Shown piece after piece: positions 51,446 to 61,701 of a stretch of 64,000 nucleotides of DNA. The notes below the pieces were generated by a model that was not told the origin of the DNA, did not search any database, and saw only the letters and a program-made list of their open reading frames with translations. Location of the stretch: positions 1,120,001 to 1,184,000 of the forward strand of contig CAXXHO010000005.1 in the NCBI GenBank assembly GCA_963667725.2, given 5' to 3'. Each line of letters starts with the position of its first letter. Position 1 is the first letter of the stretch. The DNA is from Treponemataceae bacterium (GTDB taxonomy: Bacteria > Spirochaetota > Spirochaetia > Treponematales > Rectinemataceae). The position numbers and the translations under genes are program-made.

Positions 51446-52296
51446 AAGCGCAAACCTCAGCCCGCAAAGCAACAAGGACCCTCGTCTTCCATCTTTTCGC
51501 TTCTTTCCTGGGCATCGCGATGATCTACCCCATCCTCTGGCTCGCCGCTTCGTCATTCAAAGGGCCGTCTGAAATCTGGCGCAAGATCTATTCCCTCATT
51601 CCCGAAAACCCGACCTTCATCAACTACGTGAACGGATGGAAGGGCTTCGGCGGCACTTCCTTCGCCGTGTACTACCGCAATTCGATCGTCTATACCGTGC
51701 TGGCCGTCATTTTCACCATAGTCTCTTCGGCCCTGGTGGGCTTCGGCTTCGCGCGCATCCGCTTCAGGGGCAAGAACTTTCTTTTCGCCTGCATGCTCGT
51801 CACCATGATGATCCCGCCCCAAATCCAGATCATTCCCCAGTACATCGTTTTCAGCAAGATCGGCTGGGTGAACAGCTATCTGCCTCTCGTCGTCCCCAGG
51901 CTTTTCGGCCAAGCCTTCTTCGTTTTCATGTTCGTGCAGTTCCTGCGCGGCATCCCCCGGGAACTGGACGAGGCGGCGGAAATCGATGGCTGCGGCCTCG
52001 GGCGCATATTCGTGTCGGTCCATCTCCCTCTCCTGAAGCCCGTGCTCTTCACCGCGTCGATCTTCTCATTTTATTGGACATGGAACGACTTTTTCTCGCC
52101 CCTGATCTATCTAAACGACCCTAAGCGCTATACCCTGTCCGTCGCGCTACGTTCTTTCGCCGACCCGTCGGGGCTGACGGACTGGGGCGCCATTTTCGCC
52201 ATGTCTTTCCTAAGCATCCTCCCCGTGATAGCCTTGTTCATCGCGTTCCAGCGCTTCCTGGTGCAGGGCATCGCCACCACCGGGCTGAAGGGCTGA
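51442..52296 (+). CDS. Sugar ABC permease (YesQ-like)
   Basis: GIPRELDEAAEIDG, WND, FQRFLVQGIATTGLKG; ATGA overlap. Confidence 0.92.
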   Translation: MKAQTSARKATRTLVFHLFASFLGIAMIYPILWLAASSFKGPSEIWRKIYSLIPENPTFINYVNGWKGFGGTSFAVYYRNSIVYTVLAVIFTIVSSALVGFGFARIRFRGKNFLFACMLVTMMIPPQIQIIPQYIVFSKIGWVNSYLPLVVPRLFGQAFFVFMFVQFLRGIPRELDEAAEIDGCGLGRIFVSVHLPLLKPVLFTASIFSFYWTWNDFFSPLIYLNDPKRYTLSVALRSFADPSGLTDWGAIFAMSFLSILPVIALFIAFQRFLVQGIATTGLKG

Positions 52297-52372
52297 ACCG
52301 CGGGAAACGCCGCACCGGGCGCCGCGCGGACCATTGCCCGAACAGGGCGCCGCGCCATAAGGAGTTTACACC

Positions 52373-53431
52373 ATGGGCAATCCGCTGGATTCCATAAACC
52401 GCGCCGAACTGGAAAGCACGATAGACCTCGTCGTCGACCGAACCCTCGCCATGGATTTTCGCTGGGACTGGCCGGGCGGCGTGGCTTTTTACGGCGTGGG
52501 CCAGGCTTGGCGGGCGACGGGCAAGATCGAGTACATGGAAAAGCTCGCCGCCTGGGTGGACGGCTACATGGAACTCGGCCTCCCTCCCTTCATGATCAAC
52601 GCGATGGCCATGGGCCATTGCCTGCTTGATCTGCACGACGCGACGGGCGACAAGAAATACCTCGCCCTCGCCGAAAAGAAGATCGCGTATCTAAAAAAGG
52701 ACGCCCTCCGCTTCGGCGACGGGGTGCTCCAGCACACGGTTTCCGCCGGCAACGACTTTCCGGGCCAGGCTTGGGCGGACACGCTTTTCATGGCCGCGCT
52801 CTTCATGCTGCGCGCAGGGATGAAGCTGGGCGACAAGGAGCTCGTGGCCGACGCCTTGGCCCAGTATGGCTGGCACGAGGAGTTCCTCCAGGACCCGGAG
52901 ACCGACCTCTATTTCCACGCCTACGACGACAGGACGAAAAGCCACCTCTCAGGCCAGCGCTGGGCGCGGGCCAACGCCTGGGCGGCCTACACGATGGCCA
53001 GCGCGCTCAAGCAGATAAACTACATGTATCCGGAGTTCATGGCCATCGACGGCTCCCTCCGCGACCAGCTCGCCGCGCTCGCGCGCCTGCAGGGCGAGTC
53101 GGGGCTCTGGCACACCATCCTGGACGATTCCCGCTCCTACGAGGAAGTGTCGGCCTCGGCCGGAATCGGCGCCGCGATGGTGCTCTACGACTATCCGCTC
53201 CACGCCGCGCGCGCGGCGAAAGCATATGCCGGCCTATTGGCCAACATCGACCTGAAAGGCGGCGTGCGGAACGTGTCCGCGGGCACGGCCGTCATGGCGA
53301 GCGTGGAGGATTACTGCCGCGTGCCCAAAAAGCGCCTGCAGGGCTGGGGCCAGGGACTGGCCCTCAGCTTCCTCTCCGCCCTCCTCGATAGGGCAAAATC
53401 CGAAGAAAAGGCGCAAGGAGCGAAAAAATGA
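52373..53431 (+). CDS. GH105 unsaturated rhamnogalacturonyl hydrolase (YesR-like)
   Basis: WDWPGGVA, WADTLFM, WARANAW, GLWHT, NVSAGT, WGQGL. Confidence 0.88.
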   Translation: MGNPLDSINRAELESTIDLVVDRTLAMDFRWDWPGGVAFYGVGQAWRATGKIEYMEKLAAWVDGYMELGLPPFMINAMAMGHCLLDLHDATGDKKYLALAEKKIAYLKKDALRFGDGVLQHTVSAGNDFPGQAWADTLFMAALFMLRAGMKLGDKELVADALAQYGWHEEFLQDPETDLYFHAYDDRTKSHLSGQRWARANAWAAYTMASALKQINYMYPEFMAIDGSLRDQLAALARLQGESGLWHTILDDSRSYEEVSASAGIGAAMVLYDYPLHAARAAKAYAGLLANIDLKGGVRNVSAGTAVMASVEDYCRVPKKRLQGWGQGLALSFLSALLDRAKSEEKAQGAKK

Positions 53432-54849
53432 ACGAAACTGAACATTTAAGCAACGATATGGACGCCCTCGACCTCACCATAGCCTACATCGGCGGCGGAT
53501 CGCGCGGCTGGGCCTGGACACTCATGGCCGATTTGGCCGCCGAGCCTGCCCTGCGCGGAATCCTTCGTCTCTACGATATCGAAAAGCCAGCGGCCGAAAC
53601 CAATGCCCGCATAGGAAACGCGCTCTCCTCGAGAGATGACGCGGTCGGGAAATGGCGCTACGAAGTGGCGGACAGCCTGGCTTCGGCCCTGCGCGGCGCC
53701 GATGTCATCGTCGCTTCCATCCTGCCAGGCGGCTTCGAGGAGATGGCCTCCGACGTGCACGCGCCGGAAGTCCTGGGCATCTACCAGTCGGTGGGCGACA
53801 CGGCCGGTCCCGGCGGCCTCTTGAGGGCGTTGCGGACCATCCCCATGTATCAGGTGATCGCCGAGGCGGTGCGGGACTATTGCCCAGACGCCTGGGTCGT
53901 CAACTACACGAACCCCATGGCGCTTTGCCTGCGCACTCTCTACGAGACATTCCCCGGCATCAAGGCCTTCGGCTGCTGCCACGAAGTGTTCGGCACGCGC
54001 AAACTCCTTGCCGAAGTCGTTCGCGCGCGACTCGGGGCTTCCCTGCCCGGAGCTGCCGCCGCCGCGATGGCCGATATCGAAGTGAACGTTCTCGGCATAA
54101 ACCATTTCACCTGGCTGGACGTCGCCTCCTACAAGGGCGTGGACCTTTTCCCGGAGTACCGGGCTTTCGCGGACGAGCATTTCGAGGAAGGCTACGAAGG
54201 CGCCGAGCACGGCGGCTGGCTCAATTCCCACTTCGATTCGGGCGAGCGCGTCAAGTTCGACCTCTTCAGACGTTACGGACTGATCGCCGCCGCCGGCGAC
54301 CGCCACCTGGCCGAGTTCATGCCCGGGCGATTCTACCTGCGCGATCCCGAGACGGTCCGCTCATGGAAATTCTCCCTCACGCCGGTGTCCTGGAGAATCC
54401 AGAACGCGGCGAAGCTGCGGCAGAAAGCCGCGCGCCTGGCTTCGGGCGAGGAACGTTTCGAGCTTGGAAAATCGGGAGAGGAAGGCGTCAAGCTGATCAA
54501 GGCTGTCTTCGGCCTGGGTTCCTTCGTAAGCAACGTCAATCTTCCGAACCGAGGTCAGGTCGCCGGCCTGCCGCTCGGCGCTGTCGTGGAAACCAACGCC
54601 CTTTTCTCCCGCGACTCAGTCCGCCCCGTCCTCGCGGGCTCGCTTCCCCCGGCCATAGCGGCACTCACCGCCCCCCATGCCCTGGCCCAGGAAACCATCC
54701 TCCGCGCGGCCCTCGCCCGCGATGCCTGGGCGGCCTTCCCGGCCTTCGTCGCCGACCCGCTCATGACGGCTCAACCCGCCGACGCCGAGTGGCTCTACGC
54801 GAAAATGCTGGATGCCACGAAGGCCTATCTTCCCGATTGGAAGCTCTAG
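53428..54849 (+). CDS. GH4 glycosidase, alpha-galacturonidase subgroup (LplD-like)
   Basis: IAYIGGGS, QSVGDT.GPGG, NYTNP, the CHEV motif, GINHF, NLPNRGQ. Confidence 0.87.
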   Translation: MNETEHLSNDMDALDLTIAYIGGGSRGWAWTLMADLAAEPALRGILRLYDIEKPAAETNARIGNALSSRDDAVGKWRYEVADSLASALRGADVIVASILPGGFEEMASDVHAPEVLGIYQSVGDTAGPGGLLRALRTIPMYQVIAEAVRDYCPDAWVVNYTNPMALCLRTLYETFPGIKAFGCCHEVFGTRKLLAEVVRARLGASLPGAAAAAMADIEVNVLGINHFTWLDVASYKGVDLFPEYRAFADEHFEEGYEGAEHGGWLNSHFDSGERVKFDLFRRYGLIAAAGDRHLAEFMPGRFYLRDPETVRSWKFSLTPVSWRIQNAAKLRQKAARLASGEERFELGKSGEEGVKLIKAVFGLGSFVSNVNLPNRGQVAGLPLGAVVETNALFSRDSVRPVLAGSLPPAIAALTAPHALAQETILRAALARDAWAAFPAFVADPLMTAQPADAEWLYAKMLDATKAYLPDWKL

Positions 54850-54931
54850 CGACCCCCGCATAGTGCCGGTCTCGCCGCCTTCATTCTCGATACGAAAACC
54901 CTCTGGGATAAGCGCTATCCCAATAGCAAAC

Positions 54932-54960
54932 TTGACACGCGACGCATTGGCAATTAAGCT
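54932..54960 (+). promoter_or_regulatory. Putative sigma70 promoter for the TetR gene
   Basis: TTGACA-N17-TAAGCT. Confidence 0.6.
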
Positions 54961-55037
54961 GTAGCAACGCTGTAATTCATACGACGGAAAAGGAATCGTC
55001 CCTGTATTCTGTCAGCCGATTTGGGGAAAAATCAAAC

Positions 55038-55664
55038 ATGATCAAGAAAGAACCTACTTCGCGACAACTTCAGGCAGACAGAACTCGGACACTCCTTTAT
55101 TCCATCGCCGTCTCCCTTATGGAAAAGCAGGGATTCTCGAATACGACAATCGAGCAGATCGCCACCAAGGCGGGAGTATCGATCGGCACCTTCTATCATT
55201 ACTTCAATTCGAAGGAAGAAATATTCTACGATATTTTCAAGAAGGCTGACGAATATTTCGAAACGATAGTGGCTCCCGCGCTGTATAGCGCCGACACGAC
55301 CGGCCTGTCCGTTTTCGAGCAGGTGATCACCTTTTTCAGGTACTACGCGCACTACAATCTGAACCGCGGTTTAGCGAACATAACCCAGCTCTACAATACG
55401 AAGAACAAGATCTTCGTGAAAAAAGGCAGGTTTATGCAGGAACTGCTGATGCAGGTGCTCGCCAAGGGGATGGAGCGGGGCGAGTTTTCGAGTGAGTTAT
55501 CACCGGATGAAGCCACCGACTACCTCTTTGTCGTCGCCAGGGGCATCGTTTACGACTGGTGCATCCATGAGGGTACCTACGATCTGGAACAGAAGATGGA
55601 ATCCTATATGAGGATACTGCTGAGGATCATGGAACCCCGCGGTCCAGCGGCAAAGCAGCGCTAA
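55038..55664 (+). CDS. TetR/AcrR-family transcriptional regulator
   Basis: GFSNTTIEQIA..AGVSIGTFYHYFNSKE. Confidence 0.93.
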   Translation: MIKKEPTSRQLQADRTRTLLYSIAVSLMEKQGFSNTTIEQIATKAGVSIGTFYHYFNSKEEIFYDIFKKADEYFETIVAPALYSADTTGLSVFEQVITFFRYYAHYNLNRGLANITQLYNTKNKIFVKKGRFMQELLMQVLAKGMERGEFSSELSPDEATDYLFVVARGIVYDWCIHEGTYDLEQKMESYMRILLRIMEPRGPAAKQR

Positions 55665-55750
55665 GGCGCAGATTTTCCAATAAAATGGGCTGTCAAGGAA
55701 CTTTTTCCTCAACAGCCCCGATCTAAACCTGCGGTTTTACGGTCTGGCGT

Positions 55751-57136
55751 CTATTTCCCGTACTTCTTCCAATGCTCTCCGAAAATCTTGTTCTCGTCGG
55801 GAACGACGGGCGGAATCGGCATCGAGACCCAGGTCGTGTTCAGGAAGTGCTTCCAGTGCACGTTCTCGTTCACGATGTTGCCGCCCCAGGTGCCGCAGCC
55901 GAGGGTAAGGCCGAAGGGCATCCCGTTGTCGTAGTTGCCCGAGTTGCCGAAGGGCTGGGTCTGGCGGACCATGACGCGGCTCACCCTCGCCCTCGTGGCG
56001 AGTTCAACCATGTGGGCGTCGTTCGTCGTGTGGATCCCGCAGGAGTGGCCGTAGCCCGAATACCGGGTTATGTCGCGCACCAGGCAGATCGCCTCCTCGA
56101 ATTCCCCGTACTTCCACACCGTGAGCACCGGCGAGAGCTTCTCGCCGGAGAACATGTCGGCGGGACCCACTGCCTCGCCCAGCACCATGAGGAAGCTCAC
56201 GTCAGGCTTTACCGCGATCTTCGCGAGGGCGGCGATCTTCTGCGCGTGCTGGCCTACGTGATCCCTGCCCATGTGCAGGCCATCGGGCCACATAAGCGAG
56301 CGAAGCCGCGCCTTTTCCTCGGGACTGCAGAGGTGTCCTCCGAGCTCCTGGAAGTGCTTCATCATCGTGTCGTAGATCGACGACTGCAGGATCACCGAGT
56401 TTTCCGAGGAGCAGGAGGTGGCGTTGTCGAAGATTTTCCCGTTCCTGATCTTGGTGGCCGCGTCCAGAAGGTTGGCCGTCTCGTCCACCACCACGGTGGA
56501 GTTGCCGGCGCCCACGCCGTAGGCCGGTTTGCCCGAGGAGTAGGCCACCTTCACCAGGGGTCCGCCCCCTGTCGCTATCACGAGGTCCACGCTCCGCATG
56601 AGTTCCTGCGAGAGCTCGATCGTCGGTTCCTTGATGTTGAGGACGAGGTCTTCCGGTGCCCCGACCTTTCTCAAGCCTTCGCGCATATAGTTCGCCGTCA
56701 GATCGCAGGATTTCTTCGCCTTGGGATGGGGCGCGAAGATCACCGCGTTCCGGCACTTCAATATGGGCAGGCCGTTGCAGGCTATCGTCGAGGTTGCGTT
56801 CGTCACCGGGGTGAGGGCCCCGATCACGCCTATGGGCTTGGCGATCTTGAGGAGGCCCTTCTCTTTGTTCTCCTCGATGACGCCCACGGTCTTAAGCCCG
56901 CAGAGGTCACGGAGCGTGCCCAGGGTCTTCTTCTGATGCTTGCCCAGCTTGTCTTCGTAGACGCCCATCTCCGTTTCGTCGGCCGCGAGGCGGGCACAGG
57001 CCTTCGCGTGCTCCAGCTGGTACACTTCCCAGCCCACGGCCGCCACCATCTCGTCCACCCTTTCCTGGGACCAGAATTCTATCTTCTCCTGGGCGGCGCG
57101 CGCCCTATCCACAAGATTCTTGATTTCGTCGGACAT
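55751..57136 (-). CDS. CoA-acylating aldehyde dehydrogenase (SauS/AdhE-N-like)
   Basis: PVTN, APHP, ATGG, GVGAGN, FDNATSCSSEN, EKLSP, LGCGTWGGN; SauS-like C-terminal tail. Confidence 0.88.
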   Translation of the reverse strand: MSDEIKNLVDRARAAQEKIEFWSQERVDEMVAAVGWEVYQLEHAKACARLAADETEMGVYEDKLGKHQKKTLGTLRDLCGLKTVGVIEENKEKGLLKIAKPIGVIGALTPVTNATSTIACNGLPILKCRNAVIFAPHPKAKKSCDLTANYMREGLRKVGAPEDLVLNIKEPTIELSQELMRSVDLVIATGGGPLVKVAYSSGKPAYGVGAGNSTVVVDETANLLDAATKIRNGKIFDNATSCSSENSVILQSSIYDTMMKHFQELGGHLCSPEEKARLRSLMWPDGLHMGRDHVGQHAQKIAALAKIAVKPDVSFLMVLGEAVGPADMFSGEKLSPVLTVWKYGEFEEAICLVRDITRYSGYGHSCGIHTTNDAHMVELATRARVSRVMVRQTQPFGNSGNYDNGMPFGLTLGCGTWGGNIVNENVHWKHFLNTTWVSMPIPPVVPDENKIFGEHWKKYGK

Positions 57137-57145
57137 CTTCGTCTC

Positions 57146-58813
57146 CTATTTGGCTTCCAGCTTTTCCGGGCTCAAGGTTCTGTAGTAGCTGCCGCAGAGA
57201 TGCTTGGGATTGATAGCCTCGCGCACCTTGTACTGGTAGGCGGTGACGAGGGGCTGGGCCAGCTTTATGTACATCGCGTCATGCTCTTCCTGGCTGAAGC
57301 CGTAGCCGTCGGGGCGCCTGAGGTCCTGGTTCCAGTGCCCCATGTCGACGCCGAGCTTCTTTTCCGTCATCCAGCGCTGGGTGTCGTTGAAGAAATCCGC
57401 CGTGCCCTTGATGGATGCCTTGTCGTAGGCGTCGAAGTTGACGAAGAATTCCCAGCCTGTCACGCCGCCGCCGCCGACGATGGAGACCGATCCCATGTCG
57501 GAATCGCCGCCGGTGGCAGCGATGTAGGGCGTTTCCACTTCCCACTTGCGCTTGAGGGCGGAGGCTTCCTCCATGAGCTTCGAGCTCACGAAGAGGTTGC
57601 CCGAGAGGCCGAAGTTGCCTTCGTAAGCCCCGCACATCACGTAGTTGAGATTCTTGTGTCCCAGCCTGATGAGATAGAGGAGGACGTAATCCATCATCTC
57701 CTTCTCCATCATGAACTTGTTTTTCCATCCGCCCGAGATTTCGAGCACCTTGTCGAGGGCCGCTTCCTTGTATTCCATGTCCCGCTTCGAAGTGCCCGCG
57801 AGGATGACCTGGATCTCGATCTTCATGTCCTCGTTGACCTTCTGGAGTTCGGGGTCTTTGAGGAGTTCGGGCAGGTCGCCCAGCTGCGCGTCAGGATTGG
57901 TGATGATCTTGAGCATGGCCGTCTTGAGGTTGCGGCCGAACATGTTGAACTGCCTGTGCCCGAGGAAGAGGACGTCGTTCTCGTGGAGGAGGATGATGCC
58001 TTTGGCATAGTCGTCCCAGGTCTTGAAACAGAGGGTGTAGGCCTTGAAGTTCTCGGGGAGGTCGGCCTTGTAGGCGGGAATCGTGCCTCTTGACGGAAGA
58101 GAAGTGGGGCCTGGCCAGGGGTGGAGGCGGATCGCCATCCTCGTGCAGACGCCGAGGGAGCCCGTGCTGCCCTGGAAGCCGCGCAGGATTCCGCGCGTGC
58201 TGGGGCCAGGGCCTTCGCCGCAGAACCAGCCGGCGCCCGAGCCGAGCGAGCCTGTCCTCAGGACTTCGCCGTCGGGGAGAACCCACTCGGCGCCGAGCAT
58301 GTTCTCGCTGGCGCAGCCCATGGAGATGGAGGTCGGGCCGAAGCCCACCCAGCCTGCCGTGCTCGCGAGGGGAGAGGAGGAGCAGCCGACGCCGGGGACG
58401 TTGAGGGTGAGGCCGACTTTCATCGCCTCCGCCTGGACAACGGCGCCGATGGCGTAGGGTTCGACGATAGCGAACATGTTCCTGTCGTCGATCTCGATTT
58501 TCCTCATCCTCCGCATGTCGAGCTGGATGGCGTAGTCGGAGTCGATGAAGCCCATCGCCGACCAGAAGGTGGAGGAAGCCTTGAACTTGATGTTGTACTT
58601 GTTGCAGAGGCGCACGATCTTCTGCACCTCGGCCGTGGTTCCCGGCAGGAGGACTGCCTGGGGGAGGGGAGTCTTGTGGTCATAGGGGCCGTAGTGCGCC
58701 GAAGACTGCGAGGCGATACAGCGGTAGGTTTCGAGCACTCCCTTGTCCCGGGAGATGTTCCTGGCGCCGACTATAGTCTCAAGCGCCTCGAATATTTCTT
58801 TTGAAAGAGCCAT
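57146..58813 (-). CDS. FAD-binding oxidoreductase (FAD_binding_4; VAO/PCMH-like)
   Basis: PQAVLLPGT..EVQKIVRLCN, DMRRM, VEP, EWVLPDGEVLRTG, GPGPS, G..GVCT; no GEHG motif. Confidence 0.8.
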   Translation of the reverse strand: MALSKEIFEALETIVGARNISRDKGVLETYRCIASQSSAHYGPYDHKTPLPQAVLLPGTTAEVQKIVRLCNKYNIKFKASSTFWSAMGFIDSDYAIQLDMRRMRKIEIDDRNMFAIVEPYAIGAVVQAEAMKVGLTLNVPGVGCSSSPLASTAGWVGFGPTSISMGCASENMLGAEWVLPDGEVLRTGSLGSGAGWFCGEGPGPSTRGILRGFQGSTGSLGVCTRMAIRLHPWPGPTSLPSRGTIPAYKADLPENFKAYTLCFKTWDDYAKGIILLHENDVLFLGHRQFNMFGRNLKTAMLKIITNPDAQLGDLPELLKDPELQKVNEDMKIEIQVILAGTSKRDMEYKEAALDKVLEISGGWKNKFMMEKEMMDYVLLYLIRLGHKNLNYVMCGAYEGNFGLSGNLFVSSKLMEEASALKRKWEVETPYIAATGGDSDMGSVSIVGGGGVTGWEFFVNFDAYDKASIKGTADFFNDTQRWMTEKKLGVDMGHWNQDLRRPDGYGFSQEEHDAMYIKLAQPLVTAYQYKVREAINPKHLCGSYYRTLSPEKLEAK

Positions 58814-58825
58814 TTGCATCCTTCC

Positions 58826-60100
58826 TTACAGGGCCATTTCGACGAGCTCGACGATGTCGAGCACTTCTATCGTCCTTCCGTTCTCATCCTTGGTGCCGCG
58901 GAAGTTCGATTCGCACCAGGGACATGCGGTCACGAGGGCGCCGGCGCCGGTCGAGTTCGCCTCGGTGACGCGCTCGGCCGCCGTCCAGGAGGAAAATTCA
59001 GGATTCGTCTCGTTGCAGACGCTTCCCGCTCCGCAGCACCAGGAATACTCCCTGATCCTCTCCATTTCCACGAGTTCGACGCCGGGGATGCTCTGGATGA
59101 CGTCGCGGGGGGCGTCATAGATGCCGTAGGCGCCGTTGAAACGGGGCCTGCGCGGTTCCCAGGTGTGGATCTGGTTGAAAATCTTCTTCTCCTTGCCTTC
59201 CCATGCGACGAAGGGCTCGCCGAGACGGCCGAGGTGGCAAGGATCGTGGTAGGTGACCCGCATGGGCACTTTTTTCGTGAAGGTGAGCTTCCCTTCCTTT
59301 ATGAGCCTGTCCAGATATTCCACCACATGGAGCACTTCGACCTTGAGCCCCAGCTTGGGATACTGGCGCTTGAAAGCGTGGTAGCAGTCGGAGCAGGGGG
59401 TGACGATGATCTTCGCGCCCGAGGCTTCGATCGCCTTGATGTTGGCGGCCGCGCTCGCGTTGAAGGCATCCTTGAAGCCCATCTGGAGAGCCCTGCCCGC
59501 GCAGCACATGTCGGCGGCGCCGAGATATCCCAGGTCCACGCCGGCCTTCTTCAGGATGCGGACGGAGGCCCGGGCGTTCTTTACGAATTTTTCGTCGTAG
59601 CTGGACTTGCAGCCCGGGAAGAAGAGCACTTCAGCCTTTTCCTTCGTAAGGTCCTTGAGGCCGAGGCCTTCGGCCCAGGCGCCCCGCGCGGCCTTCTTCT
59701 CGCCCCTGATCATCGTCTTTTCCTTTTTGAGGGACTCGATGATCTCGGCCTGGCCGGGAAGGAGTTTGCCCGCCTCGATCGCGTAGGCCTTGAGCTCGAT
59801 GTTGTGGTCCAGGGGCTCGAGGTTGTACCTGGACACCTTGCAAGCCACGTCGCAGGAGCCGCAGGAGGTGCAGGTGTGGATGATGTCCGTCGTCGCCGGG
59901 GAAAGGTCGGCGTCTTTGGTGAGAAGGGCGAGACCCAGTTCGAAGCGGCCGCGGGCCGAATAGGTATTGAAGTTCCCCCAGGAGATGCTGGGGCAGTTTT
60001 CGCCATATCGCTGGCTTTTAATCTTGTCGAAGGGAATCCACTTGCAGCCGAGACAGTTGCTGCAGCGTTCCTCCATCGGCCTGAAATCGTTCAGTGTCAT
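58826..60100 (-). CDS. Fe-S protein with a ferredoxin-like domain and two CCG domains (GlcF/HdrD-like)
   Basis: CSNCLGC, CTSCGSCDVAC, FFPGC, CCAG, TPCSDC, YHDPCHLGR, CCGAG, TACPWC. Confidence 0.9.
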   Translation of the reverse strand: MTLNDFRPMEERCSNCLGCKWIPFDKIKSQRYGENCPSISWGNFNTYSARGRFELGLALLTKDADLSPATTDIIHTCTSCGSCDVACKVSRYNLEPLDHNIELKAYAIEAGKLLPGQAEIIESLKKEKTMIRGEKKAARGAWAEGLGLKDLTKEKAEVLFFPGCKSSYDEKFVKNARASVRILKKAGVDLGYLGAADMCCAGRALQMGFKDAFNASAAANIKAIEASGAKIIVTPCSDCYHAFKRQYPKLGLKVEVLHVVEYLDRLIKEGKLTFTKKVPMRVTYHDPCHLGRLGEPFVAWEGKEKKIFNQIHTWEPRRPRFNGAYGIYDAPRDVIQSIPGVELVEMERIREYSWCCGAGSVCNETNPEFSSWTAAERVTEANSTGAGALVTACPWCESNFRGTKDENGRTIEVLDIVELVEMAL

Positions 60101-60101
60101 A

Positions 60102-61580
60102 TCACTCCCCCTGTAAACCGAGCTTGCCGGTGTTCATGATGTTTTTGGGATCGAAGATCCCCTTCAGCCTCTGAAGGATCATCGTCGACTGCGCGTCCTT
60201 GTTGAGCTGGAGGCGCGACCAGATGCCGTGCGGCCTCAGGTAGTAAGCCCCCATTCCCGCGAAGGTCTCGCTGGCCTGGACGAAGAGCTTCTTCGCCCTG
60301 GCGGTTTCCGAAACGCTGTCGCCGTCGTAAGGAAGGATGAATTCGCAGTGGTAGGATGTGCCCATGTTCTGCGGATTCACGTAGACGCCGATGTCGGCCG
60401 CGGGATATCCAGCCTCGGAGGCGAGCTCGCTCATCTTCGCGTTGAATTCCGGGAAGCGGTCGAGGGTCGTGGTGAAGAAGAGCTCGGCGAAGGAGCCCTT
60501 GGACTTGCTCTTCCAGCCAGAAGCTTCGCCGGTCCCGATGACCTTCGCGTAGACCGTATCGCCGGAGAGGCCGGGGAGGGAGGGCAGGAGCTTGAGGCCG
60601 AACTGCTGGGCGATCTCGGCGATATCCAGGGTCTGGGCTTGGGCTCGCTGTTCGGGAAGGATGTTCTGTCCTGATATGCCGACGAGGGCCACCCATGCCG
60701 GCATGTCGGCCATACGTTTCGCCATGTCAGCTGAATCGTCGGCGACGAGGGCCGCCAGGGATGCGCGGTTGAGGATGAGCATCTCGTTGCCGAGGCGGAG
60801 CTTGATGACGCGATAGACGAAATCGATCAGGTCCTCGACCTTAGCGGCCGGCACCAGATGCATCGCGTGCACCGGCGAGGCTACCTCGCATTTAAGTGAT
60901 GCCCAAGTCACGATGCCCATGCTTCCCTGTGATCCCGTGAGAAGACGGTAAAAGTCGAGCATCATGGGGCCTGTGCCCGAAACCTGCCATTTCTCGCTTT
61001 TCTGCTGCTTTCCTATATCGAGGGGACCGCCGCCCGCCTCGCCCGTGTACATCTTGTTGCCGTCTCCCCAGATCACTTCCGTGCAGCGGAGTGGATCGAT
61101 GAAGTTCCACTGGTGTAGGGCGTTGAGGCGCGGCTCCATATCGAGGACGCTCGTCACGACGGACTTGCCGGCCTTGGGAGCGAGGGGCATGGAGAATTCC
61201 AGGCCTTCCTTCGCCAGTGCCGCGTTGAGTTCGCCGTAGGTGACGCCGGGCTCGACCACGGCCATCCTCTGCTGGCGGTTCACGCTGAGAATGCGTTTCA
61301 TCCCGCTCAAATCGACGACGATGGCCTCGGGCACGGAGGGAACCGTGTCGCCCCTCTGGCCGGGACCGGTCGAGCTCACGGGCACGAGGGGAGTCCCCGT
61401 CTCGTTCGCCAGCTTCACGATCCCCTGCACCTCGTCGGCGCTCTTTACTTTGACGACCAGGCGCGGCTTCATCGGAACGGCGAAACTTCCGTCCCTCGAG
61501 TAGCGCTCCAGTGTGCTCGCGTCGTCGGCTACATTTTCCCTGCCGACAATTGCGGCCAGTCTCTCAACAAGGCCATCCAT
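60102..61580 (-). CDS. FAD-binding oxidoreductase (FAD_binding_4; VAO/PCMH-like)
   Basis: EVQGIVKLAN, DLSGMKRI, VEPGVTY, GSQGSMGIVT, FDPKNIMNTGK; no GEHG motif. Confidence 0.82.
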   Translation of the reverse strand: MDGLVERLAAIVGRENVADDASTLERYSRDGSFAVPMKPRLVVKVKSADEVQGIVKLANETGTPLVPVSSTGPGQRGDTVPSVPEAIVVDLSGMKRILSVNRQQRMAVVEPGVTYGELNAALAKEGLEFSMPLAPKAGKSVVTSVLDMEPRLNALHQWNFIDPLRCTEVIWGDGNKMYTGEAGGGPLDIGKQQKSEKWQVSGTGPMMLDFYRLLTGSQGSMGIVTWASLKCEVASPVHAMHLVPAAKVEDLIDFVYRVIKLRLGNEMLILNRASLAALVADDSADMAKRMADMPAWVALVGISGQNILPEQRAQAQTLDIAEIAQQFGLKLLPSLPGLSGDTVYAKVIGTGEASGWKSKSKGSFAELFFTTTLDRFPEFNAKMSELASEAGYPAADIGVYVNPQNMGTSYHCEFILPYDGDSVSETARAKKLFVQASETFAGMGAYYLRPHGIWSRLQLNKDAQSTMILQRLKGIFDPKNIMNTGKLGLQGE

Positions 61581-61657
61581 TCTGTACCCCCAATGTGGTG
61601 ATTTGCAGACAGGAAATGGGAGATTTCCCCGAATTTCCTTGTTTGGTAGATATAGTT

Positions 61658-61701
61658 CACCGAACGCGTTCAGTGTAAAGTGGGTTTTTTATTTCTGTCA
61701 A
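61658..61701 (-). promoter_or_regulatory. Promoter of the oxidoreductase operon with an overlapping palindromic operator
   Basis: TTGACA (61701-61696), 18 nt, TACACT (61677-61672); near-perfect palindrome CACCGAACGCGTTCAGTG at 61658-61675. Confidence 0.62.

Noticed and set aside
52296..52360. GGGCGCCGCGC repeated twice in an intergenic gap
   Set aside because: Short GC-only repeat, likely chance or part of a weak hairpin; not CRISPR-like
55751..57136. Naming the aldehyde dehydrogenase sauS (sulfoacetate pathway)
   Set aside because: Family resemblance only; no sauT, xsc, tauE or other sulfonate genes in the window
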